This document shows positions 52,301 through 64,000 of a stretch of 64,000 nucleotides of DNA, in pieces (within the stretch, counting starts at the first letter, position 1; each line of letters begins with the position of its first letter). The translations under genes and the position numbers were made by a program. The notes under the pieces are model-generated. The model made no database searches. It was not told the origin of the DNA and saw only the letters and a list, made by a program, of their open reading frames with translations. Source of the DNA: Geosiphon pyriformis uo1 (lineage: Eukaryota; Fungi; Glomeromycota); the NCBI GenBank assembly GCA_016748015.1, contig JAAOMT010000653.1:13639-77638 (forward strand). Reading direction: 5' to 3'.

Positions 52301-55300
52301 ATGATCATGTTTTTGTTAAGGAGTCATCCAAATTTCACAAGCTGAAGCTTTTGGTGTCAAAGTTAGTTAAGGCATCTTGTTTGGATTCTTTTGGAGAATT
52401 TACATTCTTGCTTGGCAAGTGAGAGGGTTTGGATTCAGTTAATGCTTCTATGGTGAAGTCTCTTTTTCTGTCAGGTTCCTTCTTTGATGCCATATGATCA
52501 GTTTTGTCCAAAGTTAGGAAGTTATATCACTCCTCCAAAATGTCAGAAGCAGAATGTGTTAGGAAATCTAGAATTAGGTCAGCAATAGATAAAAGGATAG
52601 AAAGTTTCGAATTGAACAAAGATCATACTATTAGAAATGTACTAGAACATCCTTTTTACAAAGTGACTTTGGATCATTTGGTCATGGATAATAAATTGGT
52701 TTTGGAACCTGATCTGGTTAAAACCAAAGTAGATGTGATTATGGAAGGGTAGACTAGAAAGCACAATGTGGTTTCTGTTGTCTCTAGTGTATAGTATCAC
52801 TAATATCAGCTTTTGGAGTATATTTTTGATGATGCTTTTTTTGATGTAATATGCCCAATTGACTTTGATAAGATGTCTAGTGTTATCTCAAATCTGTCTG
52901 ATGGGAAAGTGGCTGGTTTTTTTGGTATCTCAAATGAGTTATAGAAACATTGTGACAGATCAGTTTTGAATATGCTTTTGGTGCTTTTGAATTCTTGTTT
53001 GAATTGTGAATCTGTTCCTGGGCCTTGGAAGGAGGCTTGAGTGTCAATGATCCCCAAACCATATGAGTGGAAGAGTGTTCTCATGAACACCCATCCTATT
53101 GTTTTGATTAAAATGGCTCACAAAATCTTTTCCAAGATTCTTTCAGACAGGATTTTTTTTGTGTGCAGTAAGTTTAATGTTCTTAGAGGGAATAATTTTT
53201 CTGTTCTAAAAGGTATGACCACACAATCTCCTATTTTTGCTATTGGATCAGTCATTAAAGATGCTTTGGAAAAGAACTGTGAGCTGTAGCTGGTATTGTA
53301 GGATATGCAGAAAGCTTATGATTCTGTTGGCTGGGAGCATCTTAGGGAGAGTTTAGTCAAGATAAAGATGTGTAACAAGCTTATTTGGTTTTTTGGTGGC
53401 ATTCATAATGGTTGGGTCAACAAAGTTATGATGAATTTTTGGTTGACTGATGAATATCAGGTGCATGATGGTTTGGACCAAGGAGAGGTGTTTTCTTTTT
53501 TTCTTTGGCGCATATTTTATGATCCTCTTTTGTGTGAAGTCAAGAAACAAGGAAGTGTATGTGGATACAGATTGAACTCTCGCTTTGTAACTGGAACTGA
53601 TTGCTCTGAATCTTGAACTGGTTTGACTTCTTTTCTCACTGCAGGTGTTTTTGTCAATGACACTATTTGGGTTAGTAACAGCCAGACTGCTACGCAACAT
53701 ATTCTCAATGTCACTAGTGAATTTTTTTGGATTAATAACATTTCAATCAATAATGACAAAACAATAGCTATTTCCATTAATTGTAGAGTCTCTGAGCCTT
53801 GTTTGCTGATCAGTGGTTTGCCTATTTTAATAGCCAAGAAAGGGGAGTCTTATTGGTACTTGGGCATTTTTCTGTCTATTGAAGGTTTGTCAAAGCCTAG
53901 CTTAACTAGGGCCCATCTGGATGTCCGGTTTTTTACCAATCTTGTGCTGAGAAAGACTGTTTTTGACAAACAGTTCTTGTATTTAGTGTCAGCAGTTCTT
54001 TACCCCATTATTGCATACAGGACTCAGTTTAGTTTTGTTTCTATTAATATGTGTGCAAAATAGGACACTATAATTCACAAGAGTTTGAAATCCAAATTTG
54101 GCTTGCCACATGACTTTCCCAATAATGCTATTCACCATCCTTTTCTGTATGGTTTGAAGTCTTTTGAACAGATCCAAGCTAAAAGCAAGTCAGCTTCTGT
54201 TGTTGGTTTCACCAATTCTGTTGGTATCTTGGACTATTTGTTTGCACATAGATCACATGACTTGCAGGTCCTCAGCTGGCACCCTCGCCACCTCCTGCTT
54301 TTTCCTTCTTATATTAATATCAATCCTTCAAATAACTTTTTGGCCAGCATTGTCCGGATTTTTTTGGAGTGCAATTTTTCTCTGAGTGGTCTTATAATCA
54401 ATGCTTTTCATTTCCCAAGTGGAACTCTTATGTCTGTCATTCTTGGTGAGCTCATCTTTTATAATTGTGTTTCTTCACTTTGACATTATGGAATTGGTTT
54501 TGTTGAGCAGCTTTGCAGTCGTACTGGTTCTGTTTTCGAATGGAGAACTTTCAAGCAGTAGAAAAAATTGGACTTTTGGGGTCCAGTTCCTTATTGGTTT
54601 GATGTTTCTGTTCATTATCTGAATGATTCTGGGCTGCTTTTTATTTGTAATTCTCTGTTGCCATACAATGGTTTGTTCAATATTCTTAAGTCTCATGAGT
54701 TTAAAGTTGTGTGCAATCGTCTGTTAAGGGTTGATTCTGGTTGTTTCTTTTTGTTTACGAATAGTTCTCTGAGTGGGCTGGGTACTCTTGGTATAAAAAC
54801 TGGTGCTGCTGTTTTTTTTGAGGACATTAATTTGGGTTTGGGTGTAAGAGTTTCCAGGTTAGTTTCTTCTACAATGGCAGAATTGTAGGCCATTGCTTTG
54901 GCTCTCAAGTGTGTTCTTCCTTCTTATTCAGTCAATTTGTTTTCAGACAGCCAGGCTGCTTTAGATGCATGCAAGTTAGAATCTTTATTAACTCATCTGG
55001 ATTTCAGGAATCAGTATTGAATTGAGCATTGCCACATTGCTAATGTCATTCGATGCAAAAATTTGAATGTTAATTGGGTTAAAGTTAAAAATCATTCTGG
55101 TGTCTTGGGAAATAAACATGCTGATGCTTTCACTGAAGCTGTTGTATTCTCTAATATGTGTCTTTCTTATATGATTAATGAACATTTTCTCAAGACTGGT
55201 GGTACTGCAGTATCTGGTAATTCTAGGCATTTTGTTCATAACATTTTCCAATCTGTTTATCATGCATGCTGGGAGGTTGGTTCTGGGTCCCGAGTCTTGG

Positions 55301-56145
55301 TAAATAGCCTGTGTGCTGATGTTAATTGGTCTAAATCTTCTTTGGTGTGGCATCTGGACTTTCATTTGGCTGTTGATTTCACTAATGCTCAGATTGCTGA
55401 CTTGTAAACATATTTTATAAAGGCATTGCATCATTGTCTTCTGGTTGCTGTGCATAAGCATCTTTATAATAAGAGTTATCCCAGTGTAATATGTCTATTC
55501 TGTGGTGATGTTAAGGTTTCGGACCATGTGTTTTCTTGCCCATTTGATGCTGCTGGTTGTGCTTGGTTGGTGGAGGTTTATGTATCTACTTGGGAGGCAT
55601 GTTCGGGCTTATCTCGCTCTTTTTCGTGTGTTTCGCAGTTGCTTTCTACTTGGTACAGCTCTGTGTAAGGACTTTGTTTTCAAGGAGTAGTATTGTGAAT
55701 CTGTTGCTGTTTTTAAAGACTCTAAGATTGCAGCTCAGAATATCATGGCCTTTGTATATGAACTTTGTCTTGTGTTTCATAATAATGTTTGGCTAGTATG
55801 TGCTAAGTACTGAGTGGTTATGGAGAAAAATGGCATGATTCCACGTGATGATTCTGTTTCTGTTTCTGTCTTTGGTCTTTCTTTGGTGCTTTTGGCCAGT
55901 GTGGTTAGGTTGTTAGGTATTGTGGACACATTTGGTGTTTGTTTTAGGTTTTGTAAATCTTGTTTATTTTTTTTTGGTTTAGGTGATATGGTTTCAATGC
56001 ATATAAGTGCTTAGTATTGTCTTGACTAGCCTGAATAGCTGGTCACGTGTAGAAAATACATGATTCACACCTAGTTTAGATTATCTGTATGATGTATTGT
56101 ACTAGACAGTGTTTGGACTTTACTCATTAAATCAGAAAAAAAAAA
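49389..56145 (+). mobile_element. LINE copy 4, full length (~6.75 kb), best preserved
   Basis: TSD ~AAATGTTTTT(A/T)ATATTT at ~49371-49387 and ~56143-56159; poly(A) at 56136-56145. ORF1 49512-51350. ORF2 51347-56014 with APE, RT (FVNDTIW), RNase H (FTNSSL…AEL…SDSQ…KVKNHSG) and CLFCGDVKVSDHVFSC, interrupted by TGG->TAG/TGA and CAG->TAG stops. Confidence 0.93.
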
Positions 56146-59007
56146 TGTTTTTTATATTTTTTATAAGTATTAGATCAAAAATTATCTAAATATTACTTTG
56201 ACTATTAGAAAACAGACCACTATAACTAATAATAGTCGAATACATACTATTATTAGACCAAAAAATACAACTATCAGAAGAGAAAAAATTAATAGCAAAA
56301 TAAATAAATATTTGTTGAAAAGTATAACAATAGTAATACTTTCATCTTCTATTACAATCGAAAAAACAATCTTAGAAATTTTGTTTATAAACAAAAACTT
56401 ATTATATAGAAAACAACTGAAGCTTTATAGTTGTCTTAGTAAAATTATAAAAAACATAAAGTTTTTAAAGAAAACAATTTTAGAAATACAAATTTTGAAT
56501 ATTATATAATTAAATATTCTAAAAGTTTTGACTATTGTTAAAAGAACCAAAACTTTTATACAAAAACTTGGTTTCTTAGATACAAATCTTATTTTACTTT
56601 AGATATTATATATTTTATCTATAAAAAGTTTTAACAAACTAATTAGCTTTAAGTTAGACAAAACTCTTCAAATAAATTATTTTATGAATAGTTTAATTTT
56701 GTCAGAGCTTAATTTCTTTGGAAAAAATAATATTATGATTGAAACTCATAGTTTTTATTAGTTATCACATATATTAGTCACTAATATTATATAATTAACT
56801 ATCTTATTTTTAGATAGTAATCATTAATCTAATCAATAATCTAATTATTAATTTGATCATTAACCTGATTATTAACTTAATTGTTGATTTAATTATTGAC
56901 CACTTTTAATAACTATATAAGTAATAAATTTCTCAGATGTAGCAAAACATATAGTAATTGATCAAGAATAAATAAAATAACAACTATTATCTCAATTCTT
57001 CTTTTATCACTTATTTTTTTTTTTTATCTTTAAGTATCTGAACATCTTAGATTAAAAAATTATTTGTTGGTATTTATTTATCTTTTTTTTGACTCATATA
57101 ATTGTAGCATTTGAAGATTATTGAATAAAACATGACTAAAAAATATATTTAATACCTAATATTAAATTTTAAAAACATCAATATAAGACATAGAATTATA
57201 TTAGTGTATTATTATTTATTGACAGTACAAACTATTTTTCTATCTTTAGATTTCCTAATTATTTTTTGAAAAAAATAGCAATTAAAATATTTTATAAGAC
57301 TAATCTTATACATTAAATCTATACTTATTTAATTCATTTTTTGAAGTTAAATTTTCTTTGATTAATTTTATTATTCTATAATTTTGTTCTTTCTGTTATT
57401 CATTAGCTTGTTATTCCAATCTGTAACAATATTAAAGATATAAAAAAATTGTTTTTTGGTTACTCTGATTATTTAAGCAATAATAAAACAAAAATAACTT
57501 GTTTACTAATTTCTTATTAAATACTTTAAAGTTTTTAAAAAAACAAAGATTATATTAAAACTATTTTGACTACTTTAAAAAAATTTTAAAAAAAACAAAC
57601 TTTTAATTAAAACAAAAAAGATGTTTTTAAAATAATAAAAAATTGCTTAACTATAATTTATTTAAAAAAAGCATTTTTATAAAGTGTTATTAAATAGTTT
57701 TAATAGCTATTAGTGTTTTATTAATAAAAAAATTATTAATTATTTTAAGTAATAAAAGAAATATCAAAGATATAATTATTTTATTTTCAGTTTTAGTTAT
57801 AATTATAAAAATAAAAATAAATTTTTTTTTAAATATTATTAATATTATTATATAATAAAATAATATTAAACTTATTTTTAAATTTTAAATATTTTTTAAA
57901 TTATTAATTAATAAAATAATTTTTTAACAAAATATATTTTTTTTAATATATTAAAGTATAAAATGTTATTAATTTTAATTAAAAAAAATTCTTTATTTTA
58001 AGTTTTAAAACCTATTATTTTTGCAAAAACTTTGGCAATTTTTTTTAAAAAAATTATAAATTTTGCATATTACAAAATTTTCAATTTAATTGTAACATTT
58101 ATTATACCTGTAAATTACACAAATTGGATTATTAATTAAAATAATAGTTATAAATAAAAATTAAATAATTAATGCTAAAATATAAAACCATAGTATGTAT
58201 TAATTAATAATAAAATTTAAGAAATAATTTTATGCTAATTTTTGGGTCAAATTTTAATTTGTAAAAGATAAATTTAATAATAATATTATTTGTTCAAAAC
58301 CAATTTTTTTGTTTTAATACTTTTAACAAAAAAATATATAAAAAAAGTGAAAAAACACACAAAATAAATTAAGATTTATTTTTAATATTTCAATTGAAAT
58401 TGACAAAGAATTATTAACTAGCAAAGTCAAAAAACTACTCTGGTAAAAATATTCAGATTCCTAGTATTATACTTCTGGGAACAGGTCAAAAAAAAAGGAG
58501 CCATAGGCTTTGCAGAATCAACCATGCATGCTTTAGAAAATGATTGACCTGTATTAAAAAGACTGAAGAATTTATCATTCCTATAAACAATACGCTAACC
58601 TCATAATTTCTGAGAACTAGCGCAGAACGTCAGAAAGATTAAACCCTTTGCCGATCCTGTGAAGTTTAAAGAGAAAGTCGCCAAGATGCACGAACAAACT
58701 GGCTGATCCGGCAATTTAGCAGAAAAAGCCCACCGTTAATTAATCCCAAAGAGAGATCTTCCAGCTTGGACAATTTGGGCAACAATGGCGATGACGGTGA
58801 TGTTTTTAGTGCTGAAGAAAAGAATGTGTAAGAAATAACCACTAATTTCATTAGCGTGACATTAACCACTGCGCGTGGACTTCATATGTTCACTTTGTCT
58901 GCCCATTTGAAATATACTCGCAAATCAGAGCTTTTATATCTCAAAAATTTGCATTTCTGAAAATCACTAGTAAATTAAGACCAAAGCCGAAAATTTACTG
59001 GAATAAT

Positions 59008-59368
59008 TCATTCCGAAGTGTTTTTCTCTTTATCTTCCTGCATCAATACGTTGTCCGACGGTTCTATAATATCAAACATTGGGATTTTCTTCTGCTCTTC
59101 ACCTAGAAAAGCTATGAAAAAAAGGATGGATAATTTGAAAATGCCTAATTCAATTAAATCAAGCGAACATATATCCTTTAAAGAAAACCCACTTCGCCTA
59201 TAAAGTATAGGTGTAATACCGACAATTAATGGGATCGTTACAATAATGGTGGTCCATCTGGAATATGGATAATTGTGATCATGGTAAATGTGACCATGGA
59301 ATTCATTACTTCAAAAAAAGGTCTTGCCTTATGCGTTGAATGTTCCACTTTGGTTTCTTTATTTGCAT
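59008..59368 (-). CDS. Small (~68-74 aa) single-pass membrane protein, 3 exons, not in the ORF track
   Basis: ATG at 59368: MQIKKPKWNIQRIR|WTTIIVTIPLIVGITPILYRR|TFLGEEQKKIPMFDIIEPSDNVLMQEDKEKNTSE*. Intron 2 is A|GTGGGT…CATAG|. Intron 1 ends TCCAG|, with a phase-2 donor either AG|GCAAGA or AA|GTAATG. Confidence 0.65.
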
Positions 59369-59552
59369 TTTTTTTTGGCTTATTTTATAGCTTTTGTAAG
59401 TGCCAAAATTTCAAAGTTACTTTACTTTGCCACCTTACACAGCTATGGGATTAATTAGATTACCAGGGTCTAGGCCAGGCCGGAAACCAGGAGGCGCAGA
59501 ATATTGGGTTTAATTTTAATTTTCCTTTATAGTACGAAGCTTTCGTCTTTCA

Positions 59553-60548
59553 ATGACAACTACTAGTTTATCGTCGTTTGAAGAATGCCTAGAAGAGTGG
59601 GAACGCCTGTGTTTTAGGTTTTATAGCAAGAATGATGAACTGGCAGGAATAGTGATCAATCTTGTGGAATTCTCCACTCATGCAAAGGATCAAGTAATGA
59701 TAAACTGGAGTGTCTTTGACAGCCAAAATCCACAAACGCTCAAAGTTGATGAGTTGCTTGTCAAAATTGGTTTTTTAAATGGCATTATGCGTTTCCCCCA
59801 AAAATATGAAGCGTATATAGTCGCCAAACGCAAAGTACGCGTTGATTGGCATCAAAAAAAGGCTCGGGATTTAAACAGAGAACTTGATAGATTACTTCAT
59901 TCAAAACCTGCCCAATATACTCGACCCCATCGTATTTCCGCACTAAAAACTTTTCTAGCTCAATACAAATCTTCTTTGGGGGGTGGACCGTTTATTAAGG
60001 GTCTTTTCTGTGCTTTGAACCTTCAAATTGATCAAAATAATCTTGTCTCTTGGACGTTTTTGGATGGTAAGTTCTCCCAGATTTCGCAATATAAGAAATT
60101 AAAAAAGATTGATAAATTTAAACTTGCATAAATAGACACTTTCACACAAAACGAAGCAGATTTTATGCGTGCATCTGTGAACTTGCTGACCAACGTGTTG
60201 GGCTTAACACATACTGTCCAAGAAGCCGATGAAAGCGGTGAGCAAGCTAGTTTGCGCACATGGTACATGAACAGCGCGCTTGATGACGCCGAAATAAGAT
60301 CTTTAATTAAATTATTTCCAAAGAGAAATTCAATTGTCAATGTGAGGGCTACGGGGACCATACAGTTGTCATCGCAAACCCGACCTTTAGAAATGGTTAG
60401 TAGACGCTATAAAGTAATAACTAATTTATGCAGACTGCCCATCAAGGTCGCGTTGCTTTTGTACTTTGTGTTGCGTTCATGGGCTAATCATGGAATTGAG
60501 GTTTTTTCCTGGCGCAAAAAATATGGTGAATCTCAAACTTCTGCTTGA
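59553..60548 (+). CDS. Uncharacterised ~310-aa protein, 2 exons (intron ~60067-60134)
   Basis: ORFs 59553-60131 and 60165-60548 are joined in frame by GATG|GTAAGT…AAATAG|ACACT. Gene-like composition; no recognisable domain. Confidence 0.75.
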
Positions 60549-60756
60549 TTTAATGAGAAATAAATCTTATTCTACAATAACAAGAGATACAAATACGAGT
60601 ACCCCATATTTTGACAAAAATGTATATCCCAAATTACTTTAAAATATTTCCAGAGAAATATCCAAAACGCTAAAATACTTATCCTTGTAAAAATTGTATG
60701 GTCTTAAATTTACCTTTTCCCTGAGAATTGTCCACCTATGTCTGGAATTACATTGA

Positions 60757-63700
60757 TTAAAAATCTGATCCAGGAATTTTGAACGTTTCAGCAAGGATCA
60801 TATATCTCGAAACCAATTTGTCAACGGCTGGTGATAAGTTCATTGAGATAAGGTTGTAGTGTATCTTGGAAAGTCCTTGAACTCTGATTATTTTGTTAAG
60901 ATTATGACAAACGGCGGTTGGATACTAAAAATTTTTGTATGGTTCCCAATGGAGGAATTTTGAGTGCATAATTTTGTGAATTAAAAGACAAAAAGCTCAA
61001 AATTCTTACAATTATCTCATGATACCACCGTTCATGATATACCGTCAATTTGACGACAGCTGTTAATGTACGTTGGACATCCCCTTCTTCGGCATAATAT
61101 TCTAACAACTTTAACCAAGCTTTAGGCGAAAATTTGAAATCGAGGCAGCGTTGGTATGCTTCTTTAGCTTCTTCCTGTGGAAAAAAATAGGAACCATGAA
61201 ATCAGGATTGATATAGGTATTTTCCAGAAGATTGAATACATGACTGACCTTATGATGCAGTCTAGAAGCCAAATCGCCCAAAATTTCCCATTCTGCCCCA
61301 GCCTTGCGATACAATAATTGGTGAGCTTTGTAATGGGACATTTCGGACCGCCATAGAGTGTATACTCTTAAATCCTAAATAAGTTGCTTTCGTTATTATA
61401 CAGCGCGCTAAAAAACAATTGACCATTGCGTTCCAAATAACACTCACTTCATATAAAACCATGAATAAATTATCAAGCCATCTAATATTATGAAAATTTG
61501 TTATAATAATCTTAGAAACCCGGTTGAGAAGAATTAATACACACCTTTCACATAAACGTTTATTATTAAATGAAAATGCGTAATCCTTTTTGGTCACTGT
61601 CTCCTGGATAAATGAGAATTGGATAGGTGTAGATGTTTTATGATCATAAGGAGCGAAAGGATTTTGTGGTTGGTTTTCACACCTTATTGGGTTCTTCATG
61701 TTGGCTCGGAGAATCGTTTTTTTCCTCGTTTGCCGCTTGCAAAGGTTTTTCCAATTCAGGTCCTTTAAAAGATATAGGTTCCGAAACGGAAGTTTCTTCA
61801 AAACTCTTTTTTTCTGATGTTTCCTTATCATCTTCTAAATTAACTTCTTCTAATGCTTCTGAATCGGTCGAATGTTCATCGACCACTGTTGATTCTCCAA
61901 TTTCTTGCAGGGATCGTGATTCTCCTGTCGTCGATTCCAAAGAATTAACTTCTGCCGGGACCTCATTGTGGTTAGGAAGAGACGTCTCAAAAGTTTCATC
62001 AGCAGATGTCAAAGACTCGACAGCATCATCTTTCTGCAATTTCTTCTCTGAAGAAGCATTACTGTCCTCATTTTCCTTGTCCTCATCTGACTCCCCGGAA
62101 ATAGCAATTTTGGGAATAGAATAATTTAAATTGTTGACCCCATTAGTTTTAACCTCGTTGATGGGGTCGGCAGAAGGAGGTGGTTTTGTTTCATTATCAA
62201 AGGCTGATTTTTGATTTTTTTTATGATGTTCTTCCTCAGCAGCTTTCTGCAGCCTATACTCTTCTTCCATTACAAAAACAGAAGATCGGCATTTCAAAAG
62301 TTCATCCCAACCAATCTTGGCCACTAAACGTGTTAATAATGAATACGCTTTCGAGAAAGTGCCACGGAGGGACGGTGCTGGTAAACGGAGGAGCGCAACG
62401 TCCACCTTTATTTTTTATTAGTTAAGAAAACGTGATTAAAAGAGTGAAATTGGCAAATGGGGAATTCTTCGGAAGACAAGATAAAGTGGAAAATGACCAA
62501 AACCTCGTTATCCCGCCCGCTATCTTCATCCAGGCCTGCATTTACAATTTCCGGTTTTATAGGAAGATGAGTTTTAGCAGGAGTAGGCATGCGATGCATG
62601 TCTCTTTCATTGTATGTAAACATGGGACAAGAATTCAATGTCAATAGTGCCTTTAGAAAATTTGATATACACATAAATAGGAATCAAAGATTATGATTTA
62701 GTAAATTATCTAATAAATTCATAAAAACTTAATTATTTGACACCTACAGATTCATAATCACCCAGAGCAATATAAACCTCAGTCAGCTTTGCCCAAGTCA
62801 CAAATTCAGATGGAGCACAGTTTACTGCTTGTTTGGCCAGTTTCAAAGCGTATTCCGTTTTACCCTGATTTATTGATTAAAAAAATGATTTCTATAAAAA
62901 AATGAAAAATAAATAATAAAGAAAGTTTTAATCTAACCTTGGTCAATAAGAAATCAGCTTGCACATGTAATAAAGCATAGCTCATGGAATTTTGTTTCAA
63001 AGCTTCGTATAGTATGTTGACTCCTTTAATTTCCTCATCTAAAATAAAATAAAATTATTAGAATAAATAAACCAAGTATGTAAAGTAATAGAAAGAACGC
63101 ACCCATCCCAATGTAAGATTTAGCTAATAAAGCAGCTACTTCAGGATCTTTACGATACAGTGAGAATGAGTTATGGAATAGCATTGAAATATTAAGTATA
63201 AGCAAAAGATTGGCGAATTGCCAAAAGGATATATTTTTCAAAAAGATTGACAGCGGGACCATATCTGAAATTTTCACTGAAATATTTCATAATTCCTGCC
63301 GTCAGATGATTGCTTACGACAGTTGCCACTTGAATTTCGGGATCTGAGCCCAATTGCCACCCTATATGCAAATTTTAGGGATAATTAGATAGAATTTCTT
63401 ACAAGATCGATACCCATCATAAAAACCTTTGAAAAACAAAGCTTCAGCCGCTTCAAGAAAATGAGTCTCAGCTTCGATATTTGGAATAGGATCTAATTTG
63501 CGGAAACCAGCCAATCGATAATTGACATCATCTGAATAAAGAATAGAGCGAAGCAAAGCGGAAGTATAGGTTTCTTGCCAAATATCTGAGGTGGCTTCAT
63601 GCCTGTATTTTTTAATAGTTTTGTTGTTGTTGTTATTGTTGTTATATTTACAAAATTTGAGATAAGACGAACACTTGCACCAAAAAATATATCATCTTTC

Positions 63701-64000
63701 CTCTCCCCGCGTATATCAACAACGTAACTTTCGACACTTCCGGGAATCTTCACCTCAACTCTCACATCCACACGCGAAAAAGCATTAAAACAGCTGATGA
63801 AATTAATTAATAAATCTAATTAGATACAATAGTAAAAAACCACGAACCCACAGACGTATCGAAAAATAATTTAATCACCAATATATCCCCGAGCGTATCC
63901 TCCAAGCGGGAGATTTTGAAAACCAAGCATGATTTTCTTCCTAGAAGAAATTAGAAACAAAGTTGAGCGATGTTTTACGATTCGGATCATGGAGACTAAC
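60757..64000 (-). CDS. BCH1: ChAPs family exomer cargo adaptor (Bud7/Bch1/Chs6-like), multi-exon, 5' end beyond the window
   Basis: Motifs: FNAFSRVDVRVEVKIPG, WQETY…LLRSIL, ALLTLNSCPMFTY, LPAPSLRGTFSKAY…IGWDELLKCRSSVFVMEEEY, KRLCERWLDNLFMVLYEDLR, EWEILGDLASRL. Stop TAA at 60757-60759. Confidence 0.93.
63160..63232 (-). other. U12-type (minor spliceosome) AT-AC intron in the ChAPs gene
   Basis: 5'SS ATATCCTTT, branch TTCCATAAC (63178-63170), 3' end …CTCAC. Removal gives NLFEKL|YRKDPEVAALLAK in frame. Confidence 0.88.

Noticed and set aside
58595-58835. Exon-like CpG-containing segment after CTAAC…TAG
   Set aside because: All plus frames are short or closed, and no start, upstream exon or homology is recognisable. 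It may be UTR or a gene remnant and is not supportable as a CDS.
59171-59179. Second U12 5' splice site ATATCCTTT on the plus strand
   Set aside because: It lies antisense within an intron of the minus-strand microprotein gene, with no properly spaced U12 branch site/AC and no plus-strand exon context.
1-64000. Species-level identification of the host
   Set aside because: TE and gene style recall Glomeromycotina such as Geosiphon, but no marker gene is present and no search could be run.

Overview
Eukaryotic fungal DNA; gene content, intron style and TE families suggest an early-diverging, Glomeromycotina/Mucoromycota-like host (inference). About 80% of the window is nested, mostly decayed transposable elements. 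There are seven copies or fragments of one LINE superfamily (ORF1 RRM-like+CCHC; ORF2 APE-RT-RNase H-CCHC), two of them full length with poly(A) and TSDs. There are also five Ty3/Gypsy elements spanning a wide age range, an orphan LTR, and a hAT transposon nested head-to-head in a copy of itself. Two CpG-containing gene islands interrupt the repeats. The first (~28.3-34.0 kb) holds a DNAJB12/Hlj1-like J protein, an uncharacterised STGSYGW-motif protein and coilin. The second (~58.4-64 kb) holds an unannotated spliced membrane microprotein, an unknown protein and a ChAPs/Bud7-Bch1 exomer adaptor. Most notable: (1) a repeat-restricted, strand-symmetric C->T/G->A hypermutation that removes CpG and then TpC/CpC while sparing ApC/GpC, which is RIP-like but not the canonical CpA signature; (2) a U12-type AT-AC intron and an apparent GA-AG intron in the ChAPs gene; (3) a young Gypsy LTR abutting TCGG at two independent sites in CpG-poor LINE DNA; (4) LINE ORF1/ORF2 coupled by a conserved ATGA stop/start overlap plus a conserved 5' hairpin. 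The 7.2-10.8 kb region is partly misassembled (three N gaps and an embedded Nextera adapter). Boundaries were read by eye and are approximate for degenerate elements.
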